64,000 bases of DNA from Candidatus Eiseniibacteriota bacterium (GTDB lineage Bacteria; Eisenbacteria; RBG-16-71-46; CAIMUX01; VGJL01). Below, in pieces: positions 19,767 through 30,002 of the stretch; positions within the stretch are counted from its first letter, which is position 1; the number at the start of each line of letters is the position of its first letter. The notes beneath the pieces are model-generated. The model did not search any database, had not been told where the DNA came from, and was given only the letters and a program-made list of their open reading frames with translations. The DNA is taken from contig JBHGAY010000001.1 of the NCBI GenBank assembly GCA_041946735.1, forward strand, positions 271,658 through 335,657, given 5' to 3'. Both the position numbers and the translations under genes were made by a program.

Positions 19767-19819
19767 CCATCCAGCCAGCAATCCATCCATCCATCCAGCC
19801 AGCCAGCCATCGATCGATC
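19767..19819. repeat. Mixed tetranucleotide microsatellite (CCAT/CCAG/CGAT) upstream of pdxS
   Basis: ccatccagccagcaatccatccatccatccagccagccagccatcgatcgat. Confidence 0.75.
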
Positions 19820-19866
19820 CGCATCTCCTCGACCCACGGTCTCTCCGGAGATTCGCGATTCGCGCC

Positions 19867-21450
19867 TCAGAGAATCGGGGCCGCGGCGGCCCGCTCGCGG
19901 CCCGACCGGCCGGAACGCGCGCCGAGATCCCGGATCGTGTCAGCGAGCAGCCGGGTCCCCTCGCGAATCCGCTCCTCGCTCTCACGGACGAAGCTCAGCC
20001 GCAGCCCGTCACGCCCGCCGCCCGCCGGGCAGAACGCGGTCCCGGGAGTCAGAGCGAGGCCACGGCGCAGCGCTTCCTCCGCGACCTCCTCCGAATCGAC
20101 ACCGGACGGAAGCCACAGCCACAGCGCCATCCCGCCGGTCGGCCGCGTCCAGCGCGCCTCGCGAGGCATCGCCGCCTCCAGGGCATCGAGCATCGCGACC
20201 AGGCGGCGGCGATTGCGGGCGCGCACGCGCTCGAGATGCGCGTCGAGGTGGCCGCGACGGCAGAACTCGTCGAGCGCCATCTGGGTGAGCAGTCCGCCCG
20301 AGAGATCGGCGCACACCTTCATCTCCGAAAACGGTCCCAGCAGCGCCTCGGGCACGACCATCCATCCTACCCGCAGCCCCGGGAAGAGGATCTTGCTGAA
20401 GGTCCCGAGCAGGACGACGTTCTGCGGGGATCCGTGCGAAAGGAGCGGCGGCGGCGCATCCCCCCGATAGTCCAACTCGGCGTCGAAATGGTCCTCGACC
20501 ACCGGCAGCTTGCGCTCCGCGGAGAGCGAGAGCAGCCTCTCCCGGCGCTCGGCGGAGAGGTTCAAGCCGGTCGGATTCTGGAAGACCGGCATCGTGTAGA
20601 GCATTCCCGCGTCGGTCTCGTCGAGAACCCGCTCGAGCCGGTCGATGCGAAGACCTTCGGCATCCAGAGGCACGGCGGCGACCGGAAGGCGCAGGGCGCG
20701 CGCCGTCCGGAGGGCCAGGTGGTATGTCGGCTCCTCGAGGATCAGCGTCCGCCCCTTCGGCACCAGCATGCGGAAGACGAGATCCAGCCCCTGCTGCGAG
20801 CCGTTGACGAGGAGCACCTGCGACGGATCGACGCGGACCGACTGGCGGGCGAGGCGCTCCGCGATCAGCTCGCGAAGCGGCCCGTATCCGTCGGGCGGAC
20901 CGTAGTCGAGGCTGCGCGCTCCCTCGCGGTCGAGAACCTCCTCGAGGACCGACCGGAACTCGTCGATCGGGAATCCGTCCGGATCGGCCGTCGGAGAGGT
21001 GAAACGGATCGTCCACGCCGGGGCCTGCGTCTCGCTCTTCGCCTCGGGACGCGGCAGTTCCTCGATCCTCGACGACCAGAAGCCGTCCCCCTCGGCGTCC
21101 GCGAGGACGCCGGCGCCGGTCCCGGGACGGCTCTGCACGAGGTTGGCATCGCCGCCGAAACCCAGGGCCCGACCGGTCACATAGGTCCCGGACCCCACGC
21201 CGCTGCGCACCCAGCCCTGAAGGCGCAGCCAACGATACGCCTCGACGACGGTGGCCCGGTTGACCGATAGCGCGTCGGACAGCTCTCGCGTGGCAGGCAG
21301 CTTCGCGCCGACCGGGAGCCGCCCGGAGGCCATCTGCTGGCGCAGGATCTCGCCGAGCTGCAAGTAGAGCGGCTTGTCACCGGACCGATCCAATTGGATC
21401 GAATCGACCAGGTGATCGCCGGCATTGGTTGGCCTACGCTTCGCGCCCAT
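19867..21450 (-). CDS. MocR/GabR-family PLP-dependent transcription regulator (PdxR-like)
   Basis: GntR wHTH (PLYLQL...KLPATREL...[10 protein letters not shown]) plus class I aminotransferase domain ([27 protein letters not shown]). Directly upstream of pdxST. Confidence 0.92.
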   Translation of the reverse strand: MGAKRRPTNAGDHLVDSIQLDRSGDKPLYLQLGEILRQQMASGRLPVGAKLPATRELSDALSVNRATVVEAYRWLRLQGWVRSGVGSGTYVTGRALGFGGDANLVQSRPGTGAGVLADAEGDGFWSSRIEELPRPEAKSETQAPAWTIRFTSPTADPDGFPIDEFRSVLEEVLDREGARSLDYGPPDGYGPLRELIAERLARQSVRVDPSQVLLVNGSQQGLDLVFRMLVPKGRTLILEEPTYHLALRTARALRLPVAAVPLDAEGLRIDRLERVLDETDAGMLYTMPVFQNPTGLNLSAERRERLLSLSAERKLPVVEDHFDAELDYRGDAPPPLLSHGSPQNVVLLGTFSKILFPGLRVGWMVVPEALLGPFSEMKVCADLSGGLLTQMALDEFCRRGHLDAHLERVRARNRRRLVAMLDALEAAMPREARWTRPTGGMALWLWLPSGVDSEEVAEEALRRGLALTPGTAFCPAGGGRDGLRLSFVRESEERIREGTRLLADTIRDLGARSGRSGRERAAAAPIL

Positions 21451-21578
21451 CGGCCAATACGATGCCTTCCGGTCGGGCCGGTCGTCAATCCAATTCTCGC
21501 GCATACACAAATCGGACCCGTCCAATACGGCGAAACTCCCCGCTTGCTCGACGCCTGGGCGCGGCTACGCTCGGCGAC

Positions 21579-22613
21579 GTGCAGCCGCCCTCGCCGTCCG
21601 TCCTGCTGTCGTTCGTCGTCGCGGAGGAACACCATCGTCTCCGCCTCGACCGATTCCTGCAGCACGCAAGCCCCGGTTTGGGGCGCAAGCGCATCGAGCG
21701 CCTGTTGCGAATGGGAGTCGTCCGTGTGGATGGTGTGGCGCGCGACCGCCGGCACTTCGTCAAGACGGGCGAGAAGGTGGAAGTGGCGATCGAGGCGGGC
21801 GCGGAACCGGTCGGACCGCCGAGCCCGCCGATCCTCCTGGTCCGCACGCCGCATCTGCTCGCCGTCGGGAAGCCCCCGAATCTTCCGACCAATCCCGTGC
21901 GGGAAGGTGAGCCGAGCGTCCTCTCGCGGCTCGAGGAGCAGGACGCCGCCGGTGAGTTCCCGGCGCCGGCGGCGCCGGCGGCGCCACCGCGACCGTTTCC
22001 TCCCGGCATCGTGCACCGTCTCGATCGCGACACTTCGGGGCTCCTGCTCCTCTCCCTCACGCCGGAAGCGCACCGCCTCCTCACGCAAGCGTTCCGCGAC
22101 CGCTCGATCCGCAAGCGCTACCTCGCCCTGGTCGCCGGTCGGATCCGGCCTCGCCAGGGGACGATCGACCGCCCGCTAGCGCGCGTCCCATCGGGGAGGA
22201 TGCGTGTGACGGCCTCCGGGTCCGGGATGCGGGCGGTGACGCGTTACCGGACCCTCGCGTCGACAGCGGAGGCGAGTCTCCTCGAGGTCGAACCGCAGAC
22301 CGGCCGCACGCATCAAATCCGCGTCCATCTCGCCTCGATCGGCCATCCGGTCGCCGGCGATCCGCTCTACGGCGAGGCCCGCACGGCGCTCGGCGCGCCG
22401 CGGCTCTGGCTCCATGCTTCGCGGATCGAGCTGCCCCCGGCGCTCGCGCTCGCTCTCGAAGCCCCCGCGGCGATCGACTGCCCGCTCTGGGAGGACCTCC
22501 GCGCGCACCTCGCAAGCCTCGGGATCCGCTCGCCGTTGGCGGACGGAACCGGCAGCTCGCCACCGGACGGCCCGGCCGGCGGCTCGCCCGGTCAGGACGC
22601 GAGGAACACGTAG
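21579..22613 (+). CDS. RluA-family RNA pseudouridine synthase (RluD-like, S4 domain)
   Basis: RLDRFL S4 region, GIVHRLDRDTSG, TGRTHQIRVHL, GDPLYG, LWLHA. Start uncertain. Confidence 0.92.
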   Translation: MQPPSPSVLLSFVVAEEHHRLRLDRFLQHASPGLGRKRIERLLRMGVVRVDGVARDRRHFVKTGEKVEVAIEAGAEPVGPPSPPILLVRTPHLLAVGKPPNLPTNPVREGEPSVLSRLEEQDAAGEFPAPAAPAAPPRPFPPGIVHRLDRDTSGLLLLSLTPEAHRLLTQAFRDRSIRKRYLALVAGRIRPRQGTIDRPLARVPSGRMRVTASGSGMRAVTRYRTLASTAEASLLEVEPQTGRTHQIRVHLASIGHPVAGDPLYGEARTALGAPRLWLHASRIELPPALALALEAPAAIDCPLWEDLRAHLASLGIRSPLADGTGSSPPDGPAGGSPGQDARNT

Positions 22614-23926
22614 CGCAGGACGAACAGCAGGCCGAGCAGATACGCGAGCGGCCGAACCTCGCGCGAGCGCCCGGCGCACGACATCACGATCGGGTACGAG
22701 ACGAAGCCGATCGCGAGGCCATCGGCGATCGAGTAGGTAAGCGGGATCCCGATCGCCGCGAGGAACGCGGGGAGCGACTGCGCCGGATCGTCCCAAGGGA
22801 GCTTCGCGAGCGAACGCGCCATGAGCGACCCGACGACGATCATCGCGGGCGCCGTGACCGGGTAGAGGAAGATCCCGGGCGCGCTTTCGTAGCCGCCGCC
22901 GATCGAAGCGACAAGCGGGCTGAAGAACAGAGCGACGAGGAAAAGGCCTGCCGTGACGACGCTCGCGAAGCCGGTCCGTCCGCCGACCTGCACACCGGCG
23001 GCGCTCTCGACGTAGGCCGTCACGGTCGACGTCCCCAGGGAGGCGCCGACGATGCTGGCTGCCGCATCGGCCGACAGCGCGCGGGTCGCTCGCGGGAGCC
23101 GGCCGTTGCGGAGCAGCCCCGCCTGCTCGCCGACGCCGATCAGGGTTCCGATGGCGTCGAAGAGCGCCATGTAGAGGAAGATCAGCACGACCGGCCAGAG
23201 ATGCGGATTTCCGAGCGAGCCGAGGTCCATCTGCATCAGCGTCGGGCGGATCGAAGGTGGAGCGCTGACGATCCCATGGAAGCGGACGATCCCGCGGGCG
23301 AAACCGAAGAGCGCGGTTCCGAGGATTCCCAGCAAGATCGCCCCTCGGATGCGCCGGGCGAAGAGGATGATCGTCAAGAGCAGACCGACGAGCGCCGTCT
23401 GCGTCCCGGGATCGTGGAGGTCTCCGAGCCGGACCGGAACGACCGGAGAGATCGGATGCCGCACCACGATGCCGCCGCTCACGAGCCCGATCAGCACGAC
23501 GAAGAGGCCGATCCCGGCGGCGATCGCGTGCTTCAGCACCTCCGGGATCCCATCGAGGACCATTTCACGCACCCGCACGATGCTGAGCAATAGGAACAGG
23601 CAACCGGAGAAGAAGACCGCCGCCAGCCCCTGCTGCCACGTGATCCCCATCGTCAGCACGGCGCCGGCGAAGAAGAAGTTCTCGCCCATTCCCGGCGCGA
23701 GCGCGATCGGATAGTTCGCGAGGAGCCCCATCAATAGCGAGCCCGCCGCCGCGGCGAGGCAGGTTGCCACGAGCAGCGCCCCGAAGTCCATACCGGTCTG
23801 AGAGAGGACGGCCGGATTGACGAAGACGATGTACGCCATCGTCAGGAACGTGGCGAGGCCGGCGGCCGCCTCGGTGCGGACCGAGGAGCCCCGGGCACGG
23901 ATCCGGAAGAACGAGTCGAGGGTCAT
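22592..23926 (-). CDS. NCS2/AzgA-family purine permease (PbuG-like)
   Basis: TFLTMAYIVFVNP, ALAPGMG, GTSTVTAYVESAAG, GGRTG, YSIADG. Confidence 0.93.
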   Translation of the reverse strand: MTLDSFFRIRARGSSVRTEAAAGLATFLTMAYIVFVNPAVLSQTGMDFGALLVATCLAAAAGSLLMGLLANYPIALAPGMGENFFFAGAVLTMGITWQQGLAAVFFSGCLFLLLSIVRVREMVLDGIPEVLKHAIAAGIGLFVVLIGLVSGGIVVRHPISPVVPVRLGDLHDPGTQTALVGLLLTIILFARRIRGAILLGILGTALFGFARGIVRFHGIVSAPPSIRPTLMQMDLGSLGNPHLWPVVLIFLYMALFDAIGTLIGVGEQAGLLRNGRLPRATRALSADAAASIVGASLGTSTVTAYVESAAGVQVGGRTGFASVVTAGLFLVALFFSPLVASIGGGYESAPGIFLYPVTAPAMIVVGSLMARSLAKLPWDDPAQSLPAFLAAIGIPLTYSIADGLAIGFVSYPIVMSCAGRSREVRPLAYLLGLLFVLRYVFLAS

Positions 23927-24078
23927 CGCGCCTCTCTTCCGGCGCGAGAGTGTAGCACCGTGGAACGTTCGCGCAACTGTCTCGACGGTGGCGCCTCGAC
24001 GGCCGAGCGGGGGCCGGACGATGACAGCCGAGGCGAGGACGGCGGGGCGGCCGGCGCCGGGCGGCCGGCCGGGCGAGG

Positions 24079-25797
24079 CTAGCCGGCCGTTCTTCGGATC
24101 ACTTCGAGGAGGCGACCGGCGTCGACCGGCTTCGTCAGGTGCTCGCGGAAGCCGGCCTCATGGCTCTTCTGCACGTCGTCGTGCGTGCCGTAGCCGGAGA
24201 GGGCGATCGCCGGGAGGTCCTGCCTGCATTCGCGGATTCGCCGCATCAGCGTCAAACCGTCCACGTCAGGGAGGCCGAGATCGCTGATCAGCAGCCGGTG
24301 GCTGTCGTTGAGCATCCGCAGCGCCTCGGCCGCATCCCGAGCGACGTCGATCTCGAAGCCGTGGCTGCGCAGGAGCATCGCGATCATCGCAGCGCTGTCG
24401 CGGTGGTCCTCCACGAGCAGGATTCTCATGCTGCGAGGTCGACCCTGTGTCGGTTCTTCCGCCTTCGGGGCGCTCCTGACAACCGGTTCCCCCTCGCCGA
24501 ACTCGCGAGAAGCGAGCGGGAGCGAGAGGAGGAACGTCGAGCCGGTTCCGACTCCATCGCTCTTCGCCTCGATCGAACCGCCGTGCGCTTCGAGGAGCTG
24601 CCGGGTGATGAAGAGCCCGAGTCCAAGCCCGCGGATGCTCTCTTGCCTCCCCTTCTCCTGCACGAACGGGTGGAAGAGGTCCGGGAGGAGCGAAGGATCG
24701 ATTCCGGCTCCGCTGTCCCGGATCTCCGTGTAGAACACATCGCCTCCCGTCCAGGTGCGCAGCGTGATCCATCCATGCTCGGGCGTGAACTTGATCGCAT
24801 TGCGGAGGAGGTTCCAAAACACCTGGCGGATGCGGACCGCATCGGCGGTGGTCTGGTCCGGCTCCGCCCGGAGCGCTACCGTCAGGTCGATCCCCTTCGC
24901 GGCGACGTCCTCCGCGACCTCGCCGAGCACATCGTTGACGATCTCGTGCAGCGCGACGGGAGAGCGATCGATCCGGAGTTGGCCGTTGACGATCCGGCCC
25001 ACATCGAGGAGATCGTCGATCAGCCGGGCCTCGATCTCGATGTTGCGGCGGACCATCTCGAGCAACGGATGATGCTCGGCCGGGACGGTAGGGTCATCGA
25101 CCAACATGGACACGGCAGCGAGAACCGGGGTGAGCGGAGTGCGCATCTCGTGGCTGAGGATTGCGAGGAACCGGTCCTTCGCCTCCGACGCGAGCCGGGC
25201 GCTCTCTTCCCTCAGGGCTAGCTGCCTCTTCTCTTCCTCCGCCCGCTTCCGCTCCCGAAGATCGATCATCGCCGTCGGAAACGACCCGTCGCTCCGCGCG
25301 TGATGGCGCCTCCGCGTCACGAGATGGACGGGCAGCGGATCCCCGTCGGCCCCCTCGAGCGAGATCTCCGTCTGGACGTCCCGATCGCCTCTGCGGCAGC
25401 GGGTGAGATGATCCAGGAAGAGCTTCCGGTCCGGACCCGCGAGGTGGGCGAGGAAAGGAGAGGAGATCAGGCGGTTGCGCTGCTTCCCCAACAACTCGGC
25501 TCCCGCCAGGTTGATGTCGACGATCACGCCCTGGCTGTCGAGCGTGACGTAGCCGATGGGTGCGGCGTCGTAGAGTTCGGCGTATCGATCCCGCGACTGC
25601 TCGAGGAGCTGGCGCGTCTGCAGGAGCGCGTTGTTCTGGGCGCGGATCTCTTCCTGATGGACGAGCAGGTCCTGCCGGACCCGCTCGAGCTCTTGCACCG
25701 TCCGCTGCAGCCTCTCCCGTTCCTCGAGCAGACGCCGCGTGTCGGGAAGGGAGCTTTCCGGCCGTTGCGGATTCTCGGGCTCGATGTCCCGGCTCAT
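24079..25797 (-). CDS. Hybrid PAS histidine kinase-receiver
   Basis: Coiled coil, PAS, SHEMRTPL, NLLRNAIKFT, GLGLGL, C-terminal receiver ILLVEDH...SDLGLPD...TKPVD. Confidence 0.93.
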   Translation of the reverse strand: MSRDIEPENPQRPESSLPDTRRLLEERERLQRTVQELERVRQDLLVHQEEIRAQNNALLQTRQLLEQSRDRYAELYDAAPIGYVTLDSQGVIVDINLAGAELLGKQRNRLISSPFLAHLAGPDRKLFLDHLTRCRRGDRDVQTEISLEGADGDPLPVHLVTRRRHHARSDGSFPTAMIDLRERKRAEEEKRQLALREESARLASEAKDRFLAILSHEMRTPLTPVLAAVSMLVDDPTVPAEHHPLLEMVRRNIEIEARLIDDLLDVGRIVNGQLRIDRSPVALHEIVNDVLGEVAEDVAAKGIDLTVALRAEPDQTTADAVRIRQVFWNLLRNAIKFTPEHGWITLRTWTGGDVFYTEIRDSGAGIDPSLLPDLFHPFVQEKGRQESIRGLGLGLFITRQLLEAHGGSIEAKSDGVGTGSTFLLSLPLASREFGEGEPVVRSAPKAEEPTQGRPRSMRILLVEDHRDSAAMIAMLLRSHGFEIDVARDAAEALRMLNDSHRLLISDLGLPDVDGLTLMRRIRECRQDLPAIALSGYGTHDDVQKSHEAGFREHLTKPVDAGRLLEVIRRTAG

Positions 25798-25828
25798 GGC
25801 CGCCCTCTCTCGACCTCTCTATGCCGGA

Positions 25829-28795
25829 TCATGAAGCCAGCTCATGAATGGTAACGACGAAAAGGATGGGATGATCCGCCGCCTCATCGATCCGGGTGGT
25901 CTTGAGCAGAAAGCGCGCCTTCGCACCGCCGGCCCCCGGGATCTGCACTTCGGAGACGATCTCCCTGTCCGGCGACACGAGGGCCCGCTCGAGAGCCTGC
26001 CGCGCCTCCCCGACGCCGGCGAGAGTTCCGCCACTCTTCGGTTCGAGCAGCGAGCGACCTCGCTGTGCCGTCGCGGAGAAACGGTCGCGAAACGCTCCAT
26101 TCGCCCTGACGATTCGCTGTTCGCCATCCAGAACCACCAGAGGATCGTTCATCGTCTCGACGATCGCTTCCGCGAGGTCGTGCGCTCGTCTCGCCTCCGC
26201 CTCCTTCTCGCGCACCCGGGTAATGTCGAAGAGCGCGAGCACGGCTCCGTCGATCTTGTTCTCTACAGTCTTGTACGGCCGGATGCGCAGAGAGTACCAG
26301 TTTCCCATTCGATCCGGGACGTCCCGCTCCACCGATGAGATCTGGTCGACGACGCCCCGCACCATCCCTTCCAGCTCGGGGCAATCGATGTTCGGGCGGA
26401 TGTCGCTGAAGGGGCGGCCGATGTCGGTCGGGATCAGGTTCAGCACCTGCTGCGCCATCGGCGTGAACCGGCGAATTCGAAGATCGGCGGAGACGATGAC
26501 GATCGCGATCTGCACGCTGGAAAGGAGGTTCAGCAGATCGCTGTTCACGCGGCTCAGCTCCTCGTTGCGCGCGTGCAACTCCTCGTTGACGGTGTTCAGC
26601 TCCTCGTTCGTCGACTGGAGTTCCTCGCGAGCGGTGTCCAGCTCCTCGTTGGTGGACTGCAGCTCCTCGTTGCTCGACAGGATCTCCTCGTTGGCCGACT
26701 GCAACTCCTCGTTCGCGGCCGCCAGATCATGGATGATCGCCTGCAGGTACTCGCGATTGGCGACGAGCTCCTCCCGAAGACGCCTCGCCTCCTCCGTCTC
26801 GCCTTCCGCCGGCTCCGGCTGCGCCGCCGGCTCCTTCGCCTTGTTTCCCTCCCATTGCGGTCTCTCCTCGAACAGGATCAGGAAGTGGGTCGGCTGCTCT
26901 CCTCCGACCGGGAGGATTTCGATCTTCAGCTCCTGCACGTTGCCATTCCATCGCAGCCGGACTCCCTCCCTCCGCACGGCCTTGCCCGTGCGTCGCGCTT
27001 CGTTCAAGGAGGTGCTGAGAATGTGGAATAGCCCTTCGCGGGCCATCTTGAGGATGTTCAGGCTCGCTTCGCCCGAAGACAGCTCCAGGTAGCGACCCGT
27101 CTGGCCACGCACCTGGACGATCTGGAACTCGTTGTCCACGATGACCGCCGGTGGCGCGAACCTCGAGAGCAGAAGGACGTCGACCTCGCGGAGGACCTTC
27201 GGATAGCCGCCTTCCTCCTGGCGATCGACCTGGGGGCGCCCGCGAGACGGCTGCGCGAAGCTCACCTGCAGGTCGTTCGCCGCCTGCCTGCGCGAGTAGA
27301 TCCGGTTCTTCTTGTCGAGGATCGCGAAGAGATCGGAGAGAGTGCCCACCGATTCGGACGCCCCGAGCATCAGGAAGCCCGAGGCCCTCAACGCGTAGTG
27401 GAAGAGGTTCAGCAGCCGCCTCTGCAGCGAAACCGAGAAGTAGATCAGGAGATTCCTGCAGATGATCAGATCGAGCTTGGAGAAGGGAGGGTCGCGCGTG
27501 ACGTCCTGCCGGGCGAAGATGCACATTTCGCGGACGAGCTTGCTGACCTTGTACCCGCCGTCCGATTCCATGAAGTAGCGGCGCAGGACGTCGGGCGGAA
27601 CGTCGGTAGCGATGCTCCCCGAGTAGAACCCGGCCCGGGCGTGATCGATCGCGTCGTCGCTGACGTCCGTCCCGAACACCTGGATCGGGCCCGAAGGCGT
27701 GCCGCCGAGGAACTCGAGCATGCTGATCGCAACGGAATACGCCTCCTCTCCCGTCGAGCAGCCCGGCACCCAGACGCGGCAGGGATGGTTCGCTCGACGG
27801 CCCTCGAGGATCTGGGGGAACACGATCGCGGCGAGGCTCTTGAACGACTCCGGCTCGCGAAAGAAGCGTGTGACGTGGATCAGCAAGTCCCGGTAGAGCG
27901 CAGCGACCTCTCCGCGGTCCCTCTCGAGAAGGGCGACGTACTGGCCGAGATCGTTCACCTTGTGCAGCACCATCCTTCGCTGGATTCGCCGCTGGATGGT
28001 CGGCTGCCGGTAGCCCCCGAAATCCACTCCGCTCACCGACCGGAGGAGCGAGAAGACCCGCTCGCTGTCCTCTTCGGGGAGGATGGGCGTCCCTCCCGAT
28101 GCGGTCGCCCCCCTGACGAGCGGGTGGCGTGCGATCCGCTCCAGCTCCACTCCCATTTCATAGGGAGGAAGGATCAGATCAGGATCAGCCGTGGCGATGG
28201 AAGCGCGCGGCATCCCATCGTACTTCGCCGACTCGGGCGATTGGACGATCACGAACCCGCCGGCGGCCTTGATCTCGCGGGCGCCGACCGATCCATCCGT
28301 TCCCGATCCGGAGAGGATGATCCCTACAGCCTGCGATCCGGCGCTCTCCGCAAGCGACGTCAGGAACAGGTCGATGGGCGTGTGGAGGATCCTCGCCTCC
28401 GATCGCGGGGCGAGATGCAGGGTCTCGCCGGTGATCGTGAGGTCCGCCTTCGGAGGGATCACGTAGATGTGATTGGGGAGGACCCGGACGCCGTCCGATG
28501 CTTCCTCGATCGGCAACGGCGAGCCCTCGCGGAGCAGGCTCGCGAGGATGCTCTCATGATCGGGGGCGAGATGCTGCACGAGCACGAGGGCGATGCCGCA
28601 ATCATGCGGCAGGCCGCGGACGAGCTGCGAGTACGCCTCGAGCCCGCCGGCCGATGCGCCGACGCCCACGATGCAGGAGGGCCTTTGCTCGGCGGCCCGC
28701 AGCGTCTCGCCGGCGCCGGATCCCGGCTCGTTTCGAGCTTCGACCGGCCGGCCCCCTCCCTCCTCCGCGTTCTTGCCTTCCTTAGCCCTCGACAT
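25829..28795 (-). CDS. CheB methylesterase-CheR methyltransferase fusion with PAS domains and EE-rich coiled coil
   Basis: GASAGG/VQHL/GSGTDG (CheB); VTRFFR, WVPGCSTGEEAYS, CRNLLIYF (CheR); (ELQSxNEE)n; PAS. Confidence 0.93.
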   Translation of the reverse strand: MSRAKEGKNAEEGGGRPVEARNEPGSGAGETLRAAEQRPSCIVGVGASAGGLEAYSQLVRGLPHDCGIALVLVQHLAPDHESILASLLREGSPLPIEEASDGVRVLPNHIYVIPPKADLTITGETLHLAPRSEARILHTPIDLFLTSLAESAGSQAVGIILSGSGTDGSVGAREIKAAGGFVIVQSPESAKYDGMPRASIATADPDLILPPYEMGVELERIARHPLVRGATASGGTPILPEEDSERVFSLLRSVSGVDFGGYRQPTIQRRIQRRMVLHKVNDLGQYVALLERDRGEVAALYRDLLIHVTRFFREPESFKSLAAIVFPQILEGRRANHPCRVWVPGCSTGEEAYSVAISMLEFLGGTPSGPIQVFGTDVSDDAIDHARAGFYSGSIATDVPPDVLRRYFMESDGGYKVSKLVREMCIFARQDVTRDPPFSKLDLIICRNLLIYFSVSLQRRLLNLFHYALRASGFLMLGASESVGTLSDLFAILDKKNRIYSRRQAANDLQVSFAQPSRGRPQVDRQEEGGYPKVLREVDVLLLSRFAPPAVIVDNEFQIVQVRGQTGRYLELSSGEASLNILKMAREGLFHILSTSLNEARRTGKAVRREGVRLRWNGNVQELKIEILPVGGEQPTHFLILFEERPQWEGNKAKEPAAQPEPAEGETEEARRLREELVANREYLQAIIHDLAAANEELQSANEEILSSNEELQSTNEELDTAREELQSTNEELNTVNEELHARNEELSRVNSDLLNLLSSVQIAIVIVSADLRIRRFTPMAQQVLNLIPTDIGRPFSDIRPNIDCPELEGMVRGVVDQISSVERDVPDRMGNWYSLRIRPYKTVENKIDGAVLALFDITRVREKEAEARRAHDLAEAIVETMNDPLVVLDGEQRIVRANGAFRDRFSATAQRGRSLLEPKSGGTLAGVGEARQALERALVSPDREIVSEVQIPGAGGAKARFLLKTTRIDEAADHPILFVVTIHELAS

Positions 28796-28878
28796 CGGTC
28801 CCTCTTCCGTTTCGTCTCATTCGCCAACGATCGAGCGTAGGCGTGCGCCGAGAGAAGATCGCGTGGACCCTTCGGGTC

Positions 28879-29880
28879 TCAGTCCGCAGACGGATCCTGG
28901 CCCTCCATCTCCCCCGACAACCGTTTCCCCAACGCGAGCAGATCCTGGATGTCCTGCGCTCGCTCCCGGGCCGCTCGCGCCCTCGCTTCGTACTCGCGAT
29001 GGAGCGCCTCCCATCCGGACTCGCGGGCATGCAGCGCCATGCGATCGCTGAGCGACGCCTGCTCCTCGAGGGCTCGAAGCGCCGACCAGAGAGCCGCCTC
29101 GATCCGGTTTCGCTGCCTGGCAAGAAGCGTTTCCGGCCCGAACGCGTGCCCGACCCGGCAGCGGTATCGCCGTACGCCTCCTCGCTCCACCTCCCACAGG
29201 CTTCCGCCGCAGTCGGGGCAGGTATAGACGGAGACTTTTGGCGTGGTCGCGCTCGGCTCGGCGGTTCGCCCTCCCACGCCTTCCCCTTCCGGCTCGGACG
29301 GGACGCCCTGGGTGGTTGCCGGAGATCGGGCGAGACGCTCGAGAAGGACCGAGATCTCCGGAACGGGGACGACATGGTCCACCTCCACGCTCCGCAGCGC
29401 GCTCAAGGGCATCGACGGAAAGAGCGCTTCGGAAGGCTCCTGGACGATCGCGATCCCTCCCTGCTCCTTGATGGCAGCGAGCCCGTAGGTTCCGTCGTCG
29501 AGAGAACCGGAGAGCAGTACACCGATGACGGAAGGACCATACGCTGAGGCCGCAGAAATGAAAAGAGGATCGACCGCGGGACGGAAGCCATTCTCTCGCG
29601 GCCCGCGCACCACGCGAACATGCCCGTCGCCGACGAGCAGATGCCGGTCGGGCATCGCGACGTAGACGCGACCGGCGCGGATCTCCTCTCCGTCCTCGGC
29701 CTCCTTCACCGGAAGGCCGGAGGATCTCGAAAGGACACGGGGCAGACCGCCCCCTCGACGAGAAGACCCATGGATCACGACCAGCATCGCGGCGGGAAGA
29801 TCACGCGGAAGCGGATGCAGTAAAGCGAGGAGCGGCTGGATCGCCCCCGACGAGCCACCAATGACGACGAGGCGGGTCAT
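28879..29880 (-). CDS. Stand-alone CheB-type methylesterase with C-terminal Zn-ribbon
   Basis: GGSSGA, VIH, RPAVDPLF, SGSLDDGT, CPDCGG...YRCRVGH. RBS GGAGG. Confidence 0.9.
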   Translation of the reverse strand: MTRLVVIGGSSGAIQPLLALLHPLPRDLPAAMLVVIHGSSRRGGGLPRVLSRSSGLPVKEAEDGEEIRAGRVYVAMPDRHLLVGDGHVRVVRGPRENGFRPAVDPLFISAASAYGPSVIGVLLSGSLDDGTYGLAAIKEQGGIAIVQEPSEALFPSMPLSALRSVEVDHVVPVPEISVLLERLARSPATTQGVPSEPEGEGVGGRTAEPSATTPKVSVYTCPDCGGSLWEVERGGVRRYRCRVGHAFGPETLLARQRNRIEAALWSALRALEEQASLSDRMALHARESGWEALHREYEARARAARERAQDIQDLLALGKRLSGEMEGQDPSAD

Positions 29881-30002
29881 GAGTCCTCCGTTCGGTCGAA
29901 GGGCGATCGGGGAACGGCACGTCCGGGCTACCCGGAAGCCGGTCGGCGATGGCGGCGAGTCCGGAACGGAGGGTCGTTGAGGACCGGGAGGGTCGGAGTA
30001 GA

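Noticed and set aside
26560..26720. Repetitive CTCCTCGTT DNA units
   Set aside because: They are simply the codons of the NEEL heptad coiled coil in the CheB-CheR fusion.
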